IMG/VR virus record: IMGVR_UViG_2663762841_000005
Source: a virus
Taxonomy: Duplodnaviria; Heunggongvirae; Uroviricota; Caudoviricetes
Strand: one strand, 5' to 3'
DNA length: 15,620 nucleotides
In this document: positions 1-7,151 of the stretch, piece after piece
How positions within the stretch are numbered: position 1 is the stretch's first letter
Layout: each line of letters opens with the position of its first letter
Program-made: the position numbers and the translations under genes
The notes under the pieces: model-generated
What the model saw: only the letters and a program-made list of their open reading frames with translations
Databases searched by the model: none
Told to the model about the DNA's origin: nothing

Positions 1-7
1 AAGAAAT

Positions 8-38
8 AGGGCTTCCACCTGGGAAGCCCTTTCTTTTT
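8..38. terminator. Rho-independent terminator-like hairpin (AGGGCTTCC / GGAAGCCCT stem) with flanking T-rich tract; probably bidirectional, downstream of pspG
   Basis: 9-bp perfect inverted repeat at 8-16 and 22-30 with a 5-nt loop, followed by TTCTTTTT on the plus strand; A/T-rich on the other side as well. Lies about 125 bp downstream of the pspG stop. Confidence 0.5.
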
Positions 39-165
39 ATAGTTCGGCTGTATGTAGGGTACAGCACGATGAATCTGTTAGAGGCGCAATAGTGACAGAT
101 TTGATTATCAATTCCTATTTTGTTCTAAGGATAAAACCTTAGGTTGTGATCATCCGCACAATCCC

Positions 166-408
166 TTAGTAACGCCAGCGGTCATAACGCTGATATTTCG
201 GCACTTTTGGTGCTTTAATCGCCTTAATAACCCACACCACCGCAATCGCCAGTAGTAACCACGGCAGCAACTTAATCATCAATGCCAGCATACCGCCGAG
301 GAACATAATGGCCGTCGCCACAACCAGCGCGGCGATAATGCCCAGCAACGAAACGCCGGTGACCATCAGCATGACAAAAAAGCCAAACACAAAAAGTAGT
401 TCCAGCAT
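166..408 (-). CDS. pspG: Phage shock protein G (PspG), 80 aa small inner-membrane protein
   Basis: The minus-strand ORF translates to MLELLFVFGFFVMLMVTGVSLLGIIAALVV...KYQRYDRWRY, a hydrophobic 80-aa protein matching PspG as I recall it. The six-frame track ORF (166..618) over-extends the N-terminus; I chose the ATG at 408..406, which lies just downstream of the sigma-54 promoter. The position next to dusA matches the known E. coli yjbN-yjbO (dusA-pspG) synteny. Confidence 0.85.
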   Translation of the reverse strand: MLELLFVFGFFVMLMVTGVSLLGIIAALVVATAIMFLGGMLALMIKLLPWLLLAIAVVWVIKAIKAPKVPKYQRYDRWRY

Positions 409-442
409 GATGCTCTCCCAAATATGAAATCTCTTGCTGGCA

Positions 443-478
443 TTACAAGAATCATGCCAAAAATAATCTATTGATTTA
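443..478 (-). promoter_or_regulatory. Sigma-54 (RpoN) promoter of pspG with adjacent IHF-like site
   Basis: On the minus strand: TGGCAT (plus-strand 454-459) - 5 nt - TTGTA (444-448), fitting the -24/-12 consensus TGGCAC-N5-TTGCA and placed about 35 nt upstream of the pspG ATG. Immediately upstream, AATCAATAGATTA (465-477, minus strand) fits the IHF consensus WATCAANNNNTTR. pspG is known to be PspF/sigma-54/IHF dependent. Confidence 0.7.
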
Positions 479-541
479 ACAGCAAAATGCCCCGCGACGG
501 TGCGCAGGGCGTGGTGAATTTGACTACTTTTTGGTGAAAAG

Positions 542-1579
542 TTAACGCTTATCCGCCACCAGTTTGAGCGCGTGTTCCAGCACATTAATGTCTGCACCCG
601 CTTTATGGGCATTTTCACTTAAATAACGCCGCCACTGCCGCGCGCCAGGAATACCCTGGAACAAGCCCAACATATGCCGGGTAATATGGCCGAGATACGT
701 CCCCTGGCTGAGTTCACGCTCAATGTACGGATACATGGCGCGCACTACCGCCACTGGATCGGCATCGGTATCCGAGGAACCAAAGATCTCCCGGTCTACC
801 GCCGCCAGAATACCCGGATTCTGATACGCCTCGCGCCCGACCATCACGCCATCCATATGTTGCAGGTGTGCTTTGGCCTCTTCCAGCGACTTGATACCAC
901 CGTTAATCGACATTGTCAGATGCGGAAAGTCACGCTTCAGTTGATACACACGCGGATAATCGAGCGGCGGGATTTCACGGTTTTCTTTCGGGCTTAACCC
1001 CGAAAGCCAGGCTTTACGTGCGTGGATGATAAACATCTCACACTCGCCTTTGCCGGAAACGGTGTTGATGAAATCGCAGAGAAATTCATAGCTGTCCTGG
1101 TCATCGATGCCAATACGCGTTTTCACCGTCACTGGAATCGACACCACATCGCGCATCGCTTTCACGCAGTCGGCAACCAGCTGCGCATTACCCATCAGAC
1201 ACGCACCAAACATGCCGTTCTGCACCCGGTCAGACGGGCAGCCGACATTCAGGTTGATCTCATCATATCCACGCGCTTCTGCCAGCTTCGCACACTGTGC
1301 CAGCGCCGCCGGATCGCTACCGCCGAGTTGCAACGCTACCGGATGTTCTTCTTCACTGTACGCCAGGTAATCACCTTTACCGTGAATAATCGCCCCTGTG
1401 GTCACCATTTCGGTATACAGCAACGTATTGCGGGAAAGCAGACGCAAGAAATAGCGGCAATGTCTGTCCGTCCAGTCGAGCATAGGAGCAATGCTAAACC
1501 GAGAACTCCAGTAAGCGCCAGTTTTTTCAGGCATCACGCTGGTTTGATTAGTTTTCTGTGTTTCAGGATTATCGTGCAT
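542..1579 (-). CDS. dusA: tRNA-dihydrouridine(20/20a) synthase DusA
   Basis: 345-aa ORF with recognisable DusA/YjbN sequence ([22 protein letters not shown]...LNVGCPS...IHARKAWL...). An alternative internal start (MPEKTG, residue 16) would give the 330-aa form. The 5' end of this gene is the known target of dusA-specific integrases. Confidence 0.93.
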   Translation of the reverse strand: MHDNPETQKTNQTSVMPEKTGAYWSSRFSIAPMLDWTDRHCRYFLRLLSRNTLLYTEMVTTGAIIHGKGDYLAYSEEEHPVALQLGGSDPAALAQCAKLAEARGYDEINLNVGCPSDRVQNGMFGACLMGNAQLVADCVKAMRDVVSIPVTVKTRIGIDDQDSYEFLCDFINTVSGKGECEMFIIHARKAWLSGLSPKENREIPPLDYPRVYQLKRDFPHLTMSINGGIKSLEEAKAHLQHMDGVMVGREAYQNPGILAAVDREIFGSSDTDADPVAVVRAMYPYIERELSQGTYLGHITRHMLGLFQGIPGARQWRRYLSENAHKAGADINVLEHALKLVADKR

Positions 1580-1612
1580 TTTTGAACATTTCAGGCTATT
1601 TTTCTCGCGTTA

Positions 1613-1647
1613 GGTTCCCGCACAGGTTCCCACGCTTTATGGGAACC
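1613..1647. repeat. GGTTCCC direct repeats (1613-1619, 1625-1631) plus inverted copy GGGAACC (1641-1647) between dusA and int
   Basis: Read directly from the sequence: taGGTTCCCgcacaGGTTCCCacgctttatGGGAACCcg. Candidate integrase or regulator binding sites, or part of the att region; also overlaps the likely int promoter/5'UTR. Confidence 0.4.
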
Positions 1648-1667
1648 CGAAATAACGAGGTCGTGTA

Positions 1668-2765
1668 ATGGCGTACTATAACATAGAGAAACGACTAAAA
1701 TCCGATGGCACACCACGCTATCGCTGTAATGTGATTATCAAAGAAAAAGGTGTTATCACTTACAGGGAAAGCAAAACATTCCCTAAACATGCTCATGCCA
1801 AAACATGGGGCGCACAGAAAGTGATGGAATTAGATCTATATGGCATTCCATCATCAAATGCTGTTGACGGACTTACAGTCCGTGACTTACTACACAAATA
1901 TTTAAATGACCCAAATGCCGGAGGTAAAGCAGGCCGTACTAAAAGATATGTGCTGGAACTGCTTATGGATAGTGACATCTCCGCGATCAAACTATCTGAA
2001 CTGACAGAAAATGACGTAATTGAACATTGCAGGCTAAGAAACAACGCTGGTGCAGGCCCAGCAACAGTCAGCCACGATGTTAGTTATCTTGGCAGTGTTC
2101 TGGATGCGGCAAAACCTGTATACGGAATCAATTACACATCAAACCCGGCGAAAAGCGCTCGTCCATATCTACTTAAACTCGGTTTGATTGGTAAATCAAA
2201 CCGTCGTAATCGTAGACCAGCATCTGATGAACTGAACATGCTCATTGAAGGCCTTCAACAACGATCTACTCATAAATGCTCAAAAATTCCGTTCGTTGAT
2301 ATCCTCAAATTTTCTGTGTGGTCCTGTATGCGAATCGGAGAAGTATGCCGGTTACGATGGGAAGATCTCGACCAGGAACAAAAATCTATACTAGTAAGAG
2401 ACAGGAAAGATCCACGTAAAAAGGAAGGCAACCATATGAAAGTTGCCTTGCTTGGGGAAGCCTGGGATATCGTCCAGCGACAACCCAAAAAATCAGAATT
2501 CATTTTTCCATATAACAGCACTTCTGTTACCGCAGGATTTCAGAGGGTAAGAAGCAAATTAGGTATTAAAGATCTGAGATACCATGATTTGCGTAGAGAA
2601 GGGGCAAGTCGCTTATTTGAGGCTGGTTTTAGTATTGAGGAAGTCGCTCAGGTTACAGGGCATCGTTCATTAAACGTGCTATGGCAGGTATATACCGAAC
2701 TGTATCCGAAATCTTTACATAATCGTTTTGAAGAACTCCAAAGGAGCAGAAATAAGACCTCTTGA
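1668..2765 (+). CDS. Tyrosine-type site-specific integrase (dusA-associated integrase family candidate)
   Basis: 365-aa ORF with a C-terminal tyrosine recombinase catalytic region (RIGEV...R, HDLRREG, GHRSLNVLWQVYTELY with the candidate catalytic Tyr). It is the first island gene, directly adjacent to and transcribed away from the dusA 5' end. Confidence 0.9.
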   Translation: MAYYNIEKRLKSDGTPRYRCNVIIKEKGVITYRESKTFPKHAHAKTWGAQKVMELDLYGIPSSNAVDGLTVRDLLHKYLNDPNAGGKAGRTKRYVLELLMDSDISAIKLSELTENDVIEHCRLRNNAGAGPATVSHDVSYLGSVLDAAKPVYGINYTSNPAKSARPYLLKLGLIGKSNRRNRRPASDELNMLIEGLQQRSTHKCSKIPFVDILKFSVWSCMRIGEVCRLRWEDLDQEQKSILVRDRKDPRKKEGNHMKVALLGEAWDIVQRQPKKSEFIFPYNSTSVTAGFQRVRSKLGIKDLRYHDLRREGASRLFEAGFSIEEVAQVTGHRSLNVLWQVYTELYPKSLHNRFEELQRSRNKTS

Positions 2766-2813
2766 CACTGTTTATCCATACAGTTAAAAATAATACTGTA
2801 TACAAATACAGTG
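2762..2813 (+). promoter_or_regulatory. SOS-regulated promoter: -35 TTGACA (2762-2767), -10-like TAAAAA (2785-2790), LexA box TACTGTATACAAATACAGTG (2794-2813)
   Basis: CTGT-N8-ACAG at 2796-2811 is a perfect match to the LexA-box core and sits just downstream of the -10 and upstream of the DinI-like gene (SD AGGGGA at 2815-2820, ATG at 2826). Confidence 0.75.
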
Positions 2814-2825
2814 TAGGGGACTTTT

Positions 2826-3074
2826 ATGCGTATTGAAATCTGCATAGCCAAAGAAAAAATGACTAAAATGCCAACCGGTGCTGTGGATGCGTTAAAGGAA
2901 GAATTAACCCGACGCATCAGTAAACGTTATGACGATGTAGAAGTGATCGTAAAAGCCACCAGCAACGATGGCCTTTCTGTTACGCGCACCGCTGATAAAG
3001 ATTCAGCTAAAACTTTTGTTCAGGAGACTCTGAAAGATACCTGGGAGTCTGCTGACGAGTGGTTTGTTCATTAA
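2826..3074 (+). CDS. DinI-family DNA damage-inducible protein (prophage DinI homologue)
   Basis: 82-aa [14 protein letters not shown]...[11 protein letters not shown], with DinI-like length, N-terminus (MRIE..IAK) and C-terminal TWESAD-WF motif; preceded by a LexA box. Confidence 0.8.
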   Translation: MRIEICIAKEKMTKMPTGAVDALKEELTRRISKRYDDVEVIVKATSNDGLSVTRTADKDSAKTFVQETLKDTWESADEWFVH

Positions 3075-3106
3075 GTTCATCATCTCTGGACACCATTCAC
3101 TTGTAT

Positions 3107-3135
3107 TGACTTTAAGATCATTAAATTGTAATAAT
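3107..3135 (+). promoter_or_regulatory. Sigma-70-like promoter (-35 TTGACT 3107-3112, 17-bp spacer, -10 AATAAT 3130-3135) driving the ncRNA-TM-RT module
   Basis: 5/6 matches in both hexamers with optimal spacing; the predicted transcription start (about 3142-3145) coincides with the first arm (a1) of the 12-nt inverted repeat. Confidence 0.4.
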
Positions 3136-3140
3136 TCAAA

Positions 3141-3277
3141 GGGATGGGGCAGGTTTTTCCTCTTGCGCATGCAAGGGCGGCTCTGATAATGAACAGTAAT
3201 ATTTTACTGTTGAGCTTATGCTCACTGATCCTGCCGGGCAGGATGTTCAACGGTTCCAATATATCCTGCCCCTTCCG
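3141..3277 (+). ncRNA. Candidate structured non-coding RNA upstream of the TM-RT gene pair (retron msr-msd-like or DRT-type ncRNA); boundaries approximate
   Basis: No ORF; flanked by an inverted repeat GGATGGGGCAGG (3142-3153) / CCTGCCCCTTCC (3265-3276), 12 nt with one mismatch. Internal hairpins: CTTGC-GCAT-GCAAG (3162-3175), CAGTAA-TATT-TTACTG (3194-3209), TGAGC-TTAT-GCTCA (3211-3224), and the 17-bp palindrome ATCCTGCCGGGCAGGAT (3228-3244). Sits between a promoter and the TM/RT genes. Confidence 0.35.
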
Positions 3278-3296
3278 CTTTTAAAAAGGATCTTTT

Positions 3297-3848
3297 ATGC
3301 ATGACAATATTTGGTTTACATATAAAGCACGTATCCAAGCGCACCATCGACTAGAATGGCTTGAAAAACACTCTCAATTTATCCTCGTTTGGTATGCTAT
3401 ATTGAGTGCGGTACTTTCAATTGTAACGTTGCGATTTCCAAAGGTTCTAGGAGATAATACAGATGTCGTTGCGGCGATACTTTCAGTGGCTCTACTGGGT
3501 ATTTCTCTGATCGTATCTAACCTAGATTTTCGTGGTCGAGCAATAGCCATGAGAAGGAATTATATTGCACTACAGCGACTCTATTTTGACATTACCACCA
3601 GTCAACAGTTATCTCTTGAACAGAAAGAAAAATATTTTAATTTGCTCAATGAGGTTGAGAATCACCGTGACATAGATGATAAAATTTCAAGGGTAACTCA
3701 AGTTGGACTTAAGACGAGGATCCCCACACAAAAAGAAAAAATAATTGTTATTTTATGGATATTACTTCGAATATTTATTACTGCCGCACTTTATATACTC
3801 CCATTAATATATCTTTGGATTGACTATGACTGCAAGCAGAATTTTTAA
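3297..3848 (+). CDS. Small multi-TM membrane protein (2 N-terminal TM helices plus a C-terminal hydrophobic segment); candidate effector of the RT module, possibly SLATT-like
   Basis: 183-aa ORF, AT-rich, SD AAGGA 7 nt before the ATG. Hydrophobic stretches FILVWYAILSAVLSIVTL, VVAAILSVALLGISLIVSNL and IIVILWILLRIFITAALYILPLIYLWI. Its 3' end overlaps the RT start by 29 nt, suggesting translational coupling. The SLATT assignment is a guess from architecture. Confidence 0.65.
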   Translation: MHDNIWFTYKARIQAHHRLEWLEKHSQFILVWYAILSAVLSIVTLRFPKVLGDNTDVVAAILSVALLGISLIVSNLDFRGRAIAMRRNYIALQRLYFDITTSQQLSLEQKEKYFNLLNEVENHRDIDDKISRVTQVGLKTRIPTQKEKIIVILWILLRIFITAALYILPLIYLWIDYDCKQNF

Positions 3849-5196
3849 AAAGTCATTCTCGAAAAAAAATCTTCTAAAAGTATACTCTGAAAAAATCAAA
3901 GAATCAGGAGCGATTGGCATAGATCGGATTCGCCCATCAAAACTTGATTTGACAATAAAAAATGAGATCACTTTCATTTTTGAAAAGGTTAATTCTGGCA
4001 ATTACAAATTTACAGCATATAAAGAAAAATTAATATCTAAAGGCGCTAACTCTACACCCAGACAGATTTCCATACCAACTGCTAGGGACAGAATTACTCT
4101 TAGAGCTCTCTGTGAATGCCTTACGGAAATATATCCTAAGTCCAGATTAAAACTACCACATACAGTAATTGACTCATTGAAAGAAGCATTAAACAACAGT
4201 CTATATGCTGAATATGCAAAAATAGATCTTAAAAGTTTCTATCCTTCAATTGAACATAAATTGATAATTAATGCAATAAAAAATAAAATTAGAAAAAAAG
4301 AAATTAGACAGTTAATAACATCATCATTAATCGTGCCTACTGTAAGTGGAACCACAGGAAGCAAAGGTATCCCTAATAATACCAGAGGAGTACCTCAGGG
4401 ATTAGCGATATCAAACATTTTAGCTGAAATATCACTATCTAATTTCGATGATGAAATCAATAAAATGCATGACATATGGTACATGCGATACGTTGATGAC
4501 ATTCTTATTTTAACACCAAAATATCAAGCAACAAAAATAGCTTCTCATATCATTGATAAGCTTCAATCATTAAATTTAAACCCACATCCATTAAATGAAG
4601 AGAACTCAAAATCCAAAGTAGGCAGTTTGGATGAAAGTTTTAACTTTTTGGGATACCACATAGAAAATCGAGAATTATTGATAAAACATGAGAGCATTCT
4701 TAGATTTGAGTCATCCTTAGCAAAAATTTTTACTGCATATAGGCACGCTCTACTACAAGCTAAAAGTAAGCGTGATAAAGAACGAGCTGTTGCATATTGT
4801 CAGTGGAAACTAAATCTCAGAATTACGGGATGTGTGTTTGAAGGTAAACGATTGGGATGGGTATCGTACTTCTCACAAATAACCTCAACAGCTCAACTTC
4901 GCTCTGTTAATCATACTATCAATAATCTTATCCGCCGATTCGGCCTTTCATCAGAAATAAAACCAAAATCTTTGATTAAAACTTTCTATGAACTCCGCAG
5001 AGGTAGAGCGGAGACTTTTAAATACATACCTAACTTTGACAATCTACATATATCTCAGAAACGAGAACTTGTTTCTATGTGGATAGGTAAAGAGAAGGAA
5101 AAAAAACTTAGCAATAGTGAAATAGAGAGGAAGTTTAAATTTAAAATTGCGAAATCAGTAAAAGAGCTTGAAGAGGATATTTCAGGAATATCATAG
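3820..5196 (+). CDS. Reverse transcriptase (prokaryotic retron/Abi/UG-type, defence-associated candidate)
   Basis: 458-aa ORF with canonical RT motifs: motif A IDLKSFYPSI (Asp about residue 136), motif B' GVPQGLAISNILAEISL (about 190-206), motif C YVDD (residues 224-227, nt 4489-4500), motif E-like FLGY, plus a C-terminal extension of roughly 170 aa. A possible retron-like NN..A and ITG (region-7 VTG-like) are present, but the spacing differs from Ec86, so the family call is tentative. Confidence 0.9.
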   Translation: MTMTASRIFKKSFSKKNLLKVYSEKIKESGAIGIDRIRPSKLDLTIKNEITFIFEKVNSGNYKFTAYKEKLISKGANSTPRQISIPTARDRITLRALCECLTEIYPKSRLKLPHTVIDSLKEALNNSLYAEYAKIDLKSFYPSIEHKLIINAIKNKIRKKEIRQLITSSLIVPTVSGTTGSKGIPNNTRGVPQGLAISNILAEISLSNFDDEINKMHDIWYMRYVDDILILTPKYQATKIASHIIDKLQSLNLNPHPLNEENSKSKVGSLDESFNFLGYHIENRELLIKHESILRFESSLAKIFTAYRHALLQAKSKRDKERAVAYCQWKLNLRITGCVFEGKRLGWVSYFSQITSTAQLRSVNHTINNLIRRFGLSSEIKPKSLIKTFYELRRGRAETFKYIPNFDNLHISQKRELVSMWIGKEKEKKLSNSEIERKFKFKIAKSVKELEEDISGIS

Positions 5197-5250
5197 ATAT
5201 GTAATCCATTAAGTCATTAAAATATATCGCAATAAACACACTATTTAAAC

Positions 5251-5667
5251 TCACAAACCAGCCGCAGTATCCTGCCATGGCAAGTTGCTGCGGCTTTTTA
5301 TGTTCAACGGATCAACAGCCAGATCAGAAGACACGCTACCCACGTTGTAAACGAACGAGTAAAGAGCGCCGCGCGTTGTTTCCGGTATATCGACTTTGAT
5401 GTACGGGTTAATTTGTCTGGCGACCGTGGCAAGGTCTTTATTCAGGAGGGCTTTGCATTCTGCTTCGGTATACGTTTTACCTAGCATGATGTCTTTTCCG
5501 GTGTGTCCGTAACATACAGTCCATACGCCAACGATATCTTTGTATGGTATGTAGCTGACACCTTCCAGGCCATCGTCACCACTTGGGCCAGTGATTAACA
5601 CTGATGCTATAGCAATTGCTCCGCCACCAATAGCAGCAGCAACTGCTTTTCGTAATGATGGAGGCAT
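5251..5667 (-). CDS. SAR endolysin (phage 21 R-type, T4-lysozyme-fold glycoside hydrolase), apparently 3'-truncated at the junction with the RT cassette
   Basis: N-terminal signal-anchor [27 protein letters not shown] followed by the lysozyme catalytic region ([26 protein letters not shown]...[15 protein letters not shown]). After about residue 110 (nt about 5340) the sequence loses lysozyme character and reads through the plus-strand terminator before stopping; full-length homologues are about 165 aa by my recollection. Its start overlaps the holin stop. Confidence 0.75.
   Translation of the reverse strand: MPPSLRKAVAAAIGGGAIAIASVLITGPSGDDGLEGVSYIPYKDIVGVWTVCYGHTGKDIMLGKTYTEAECKALLNKDLATVARQINPYIKVDIPETTRGALYSFVYNVGSVSSDLAVDPLNIKSRSNLPWQDTAAGL
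5260..5300 (+). terminator. Rho-independent terminator of the RT operon (AGCCGCAG ... CTGCGGCT stem, then TTTTTAT)
   Basis: 8-bp perfect inverted repeat at 5260-5267 / 5288-5295 enclosing a palindromic TGCCATGGCA core, followed by a T-run at 5295-5299; about 65 nt downstream of the RT stop. Confidence 0.6.
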
Positions 5668-5882
5668 TATTCACCTCTTGCAGCCTTGCGCTTATCTTCT
5701 TTAATCTTGAAATAAAGGTTTGTCAGGTACGTCAGCAGGCCAAATACCAGGCTACCCAGCACACCTATTGCTGCCCACTGTGAGGGCGTGACTTTATCGA
5801 GCAGCTGTAAAAACCAGTAACCGGCACTACCTGCTGAGGTGCCATAGGCGACACCCGTTGTTAACTTATCCATGGATTTCAT
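5667..5882 (-). CDS. Phage 21 S-type pinholin (class II holin) with dual-start motif MKSMDK
   Basis: 71-aa product [29 protein letters not shown]...[13 protein letters not shown], closely resembling S21 (two TM helices, charged C-terminus, dual start Met1/Met4). SD GAGGTG lies upstream of the ATG at 5882. The track ORF 5667..5945 over-extends the N-terminus. Confidence 0.85.
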
Positions 5883-5949
5883 AACCCCACCTCGCAGATG
5901 CGGGTGCTGTGTAATGGAAATAAAAAGGCCACCTGACGTGGCCACCAGA

Positions 5950-7002
5950 TTATTTCCCCACCAGCTCGTTTATCTCTTTCACTGTCTGGTTAAACCGCTC
6001 TGACTCAAGCTCAACACCTAAGGCCCGACGCCCCAGCGCCATTGCTGCTTTTATTGTGGAACCGGATCCCATAAAAAAATCAGCAACCAGATCACCAGGT
6101 CGACTACTGGCATTGATTATTTGCCTGAGCATATCCGCCGGTTTCTCACACGGATGTTTACCCGGGTAGAACTGAACGGGTTTATGCATCCAGACATCGG
6201 TATAAGGCACGGAGACTGATACGGAGAAATAGCGCCGGAGAGATTTAAACTCATCCAGCAATTCAGAATATTTGCGATTCAGTGAATCATAAGATGCCAC
6301 CAGCTGGTGGTGTGGTTGTTCCAGTTGTTGTTCCTGAAACTTCTCTGCCGCTATACGGGAAAACAGTGCCTGTAACTTCCGATAGTCAGCCTCATTCGGC
6401 AACTGCCACTGACTGGCACCAAACCAGTGGGAAACCATATTTTTCTTACCTGTGGCTTCGGCAATTTGTTTTGCCGTTATACCCAGTTCGGCACGAGCAT
6501 CCCTGAAATACGATATCAGCGGTGCCATTATGTGCTGTTTGAGTTCCCTTTCTTTTGCCGCATAGCCGTCACTTTTGCCGCGATATGGCCCCTGGTAATG
6601 TTCAGCAAACAGAACGCGCTCTGTGGCAGGAAAATATGCGCGCAGACTTTCTTTATTACACCCATTCCAACGTCCGGACGGCTTCGCCCAGATGATATGG
6701 TTAAGCACGTTGAAACGTTCACGCATCATGATCTCAATATCAGATGCCAGGCGATGCCCACAGAACAGGTAAAGGCTTCCGGCAGGTTTTAACACCCGCC
6801 AGAACTGGGCCAGACAGTGGTCCAGCCACTTAAGGTAATCTTCGTCCCCTTTCCACTGATTGTCCCAGCCGTTGGGTTTCACCTTGAAGTACGGCGGATC
6901 GGTAACAATCAGGTCAATGGAATCATCAGGCAGGGACTGAATAAAATGCAGGCAATCAGCGTTGATTAAATCAACACTGTTTATTTTTACAGTATTTTTC
7001 AT
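5950..7002 (-). CDS. DNA methyltransferase (N6-adenine/N4-cytosine family, DPPY motif), orphan
   Basis: 350-aa ORF with motif IV TDPPYF near the N-terminus and a C-terminal AdoMet-binding region (DFFMGSGST). No adjacent restriction endonuclease gene is visible. Confidence 0.85.
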
Positions 7003-7151
7003 GGATCAGTAAGCGTAACTCTGGTAGGCTCACTCTGCTTTTGCGCTAAAGCAGTGGGCCGTGGTTCGCTTGTGACCAGTAAGCATGAGCGAATGGCTGG
7101 CAGGTGCTACCAACACCCACCAGCCGCCCATTTTCACAAATTAAAAGTCCT

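Noticed and set aside
166-618. 150-aa minus-strand ORF extending pspG upstream into the promoter region and the dusA 3' end
   Set aside because: The N-terminal 70 residues read through the sigma-54 promoter and overlap the dusA stop; the 80-aa hydrophobic product starting at 408 matches PspG. The extension is a six-frame artefact.
674-1585. Plus-strand ORFs antisense to dusA (674..997, 1022..1585, 1107..1370)
   Set aside because: Entirely contained within the well-supported dusA coding region on the opposite strand; Arg/His-rich composition typical of antisense frames in GC-rich genes.
1793-2917. Minus-strand ORFs inside or overlapping the integrase (1793..2044, 2270..2521, 2648..2917)
   Set aside because: Antisense to the integrase or spanning its stop and the LexA-box promoter; no start-site signals; Ser/Cys-rich junk translation.
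3804-4196. Minus-strand ORFs 3804..4001 and 4002..4196 inside the RT gene
   Set aside because: Antisense to the RT coding sequence with clear RT motifs on the plus strand; AT-rich antisense frames commonly stay open by chance.
3820-5196. RT as a group II intron or diversity-generating retroelement component
   Set aside because: No intron-encoded maturase/endonuclease domains or flanking intron RNA domain structure, and no template/variable repeat pair or target gene for a DGR; the gene context (TM protein, short upstream ncRNA-like region) fits retron/Abi/UG-type systems better.
5667-5945. 92-aa extended version of the holin ORF
   Set aside because: S21-type pinholins are about 68-71 aa with the MKSMDK dual start; an SD precedes the ATG at 5882 and the upstream extension lacks holin character.
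6282-6792. ORFs 6282..6506 (+), 6427..6792 (+) and 6528..6722 (-) within the methyltransferase gene
   Set aside because: Overlap the 350-aa MTase ORF, which has convincing motifs; no independent support.
7003-7151. Possible tRNA or small RNA gene between the methyltransferase and the 72-aa ORF (region where lambdoid phages often carry tRNAs)
   Set aside because: Only a short hairpin (CTGCTTT...AAAGCAG, 7034-7053) was found; no cloverleaf-compatible arms or conserved GTTC/TPsiC-loop context that I could identify by eye. A tRNAscan-type search would be needed to exclude it fully.
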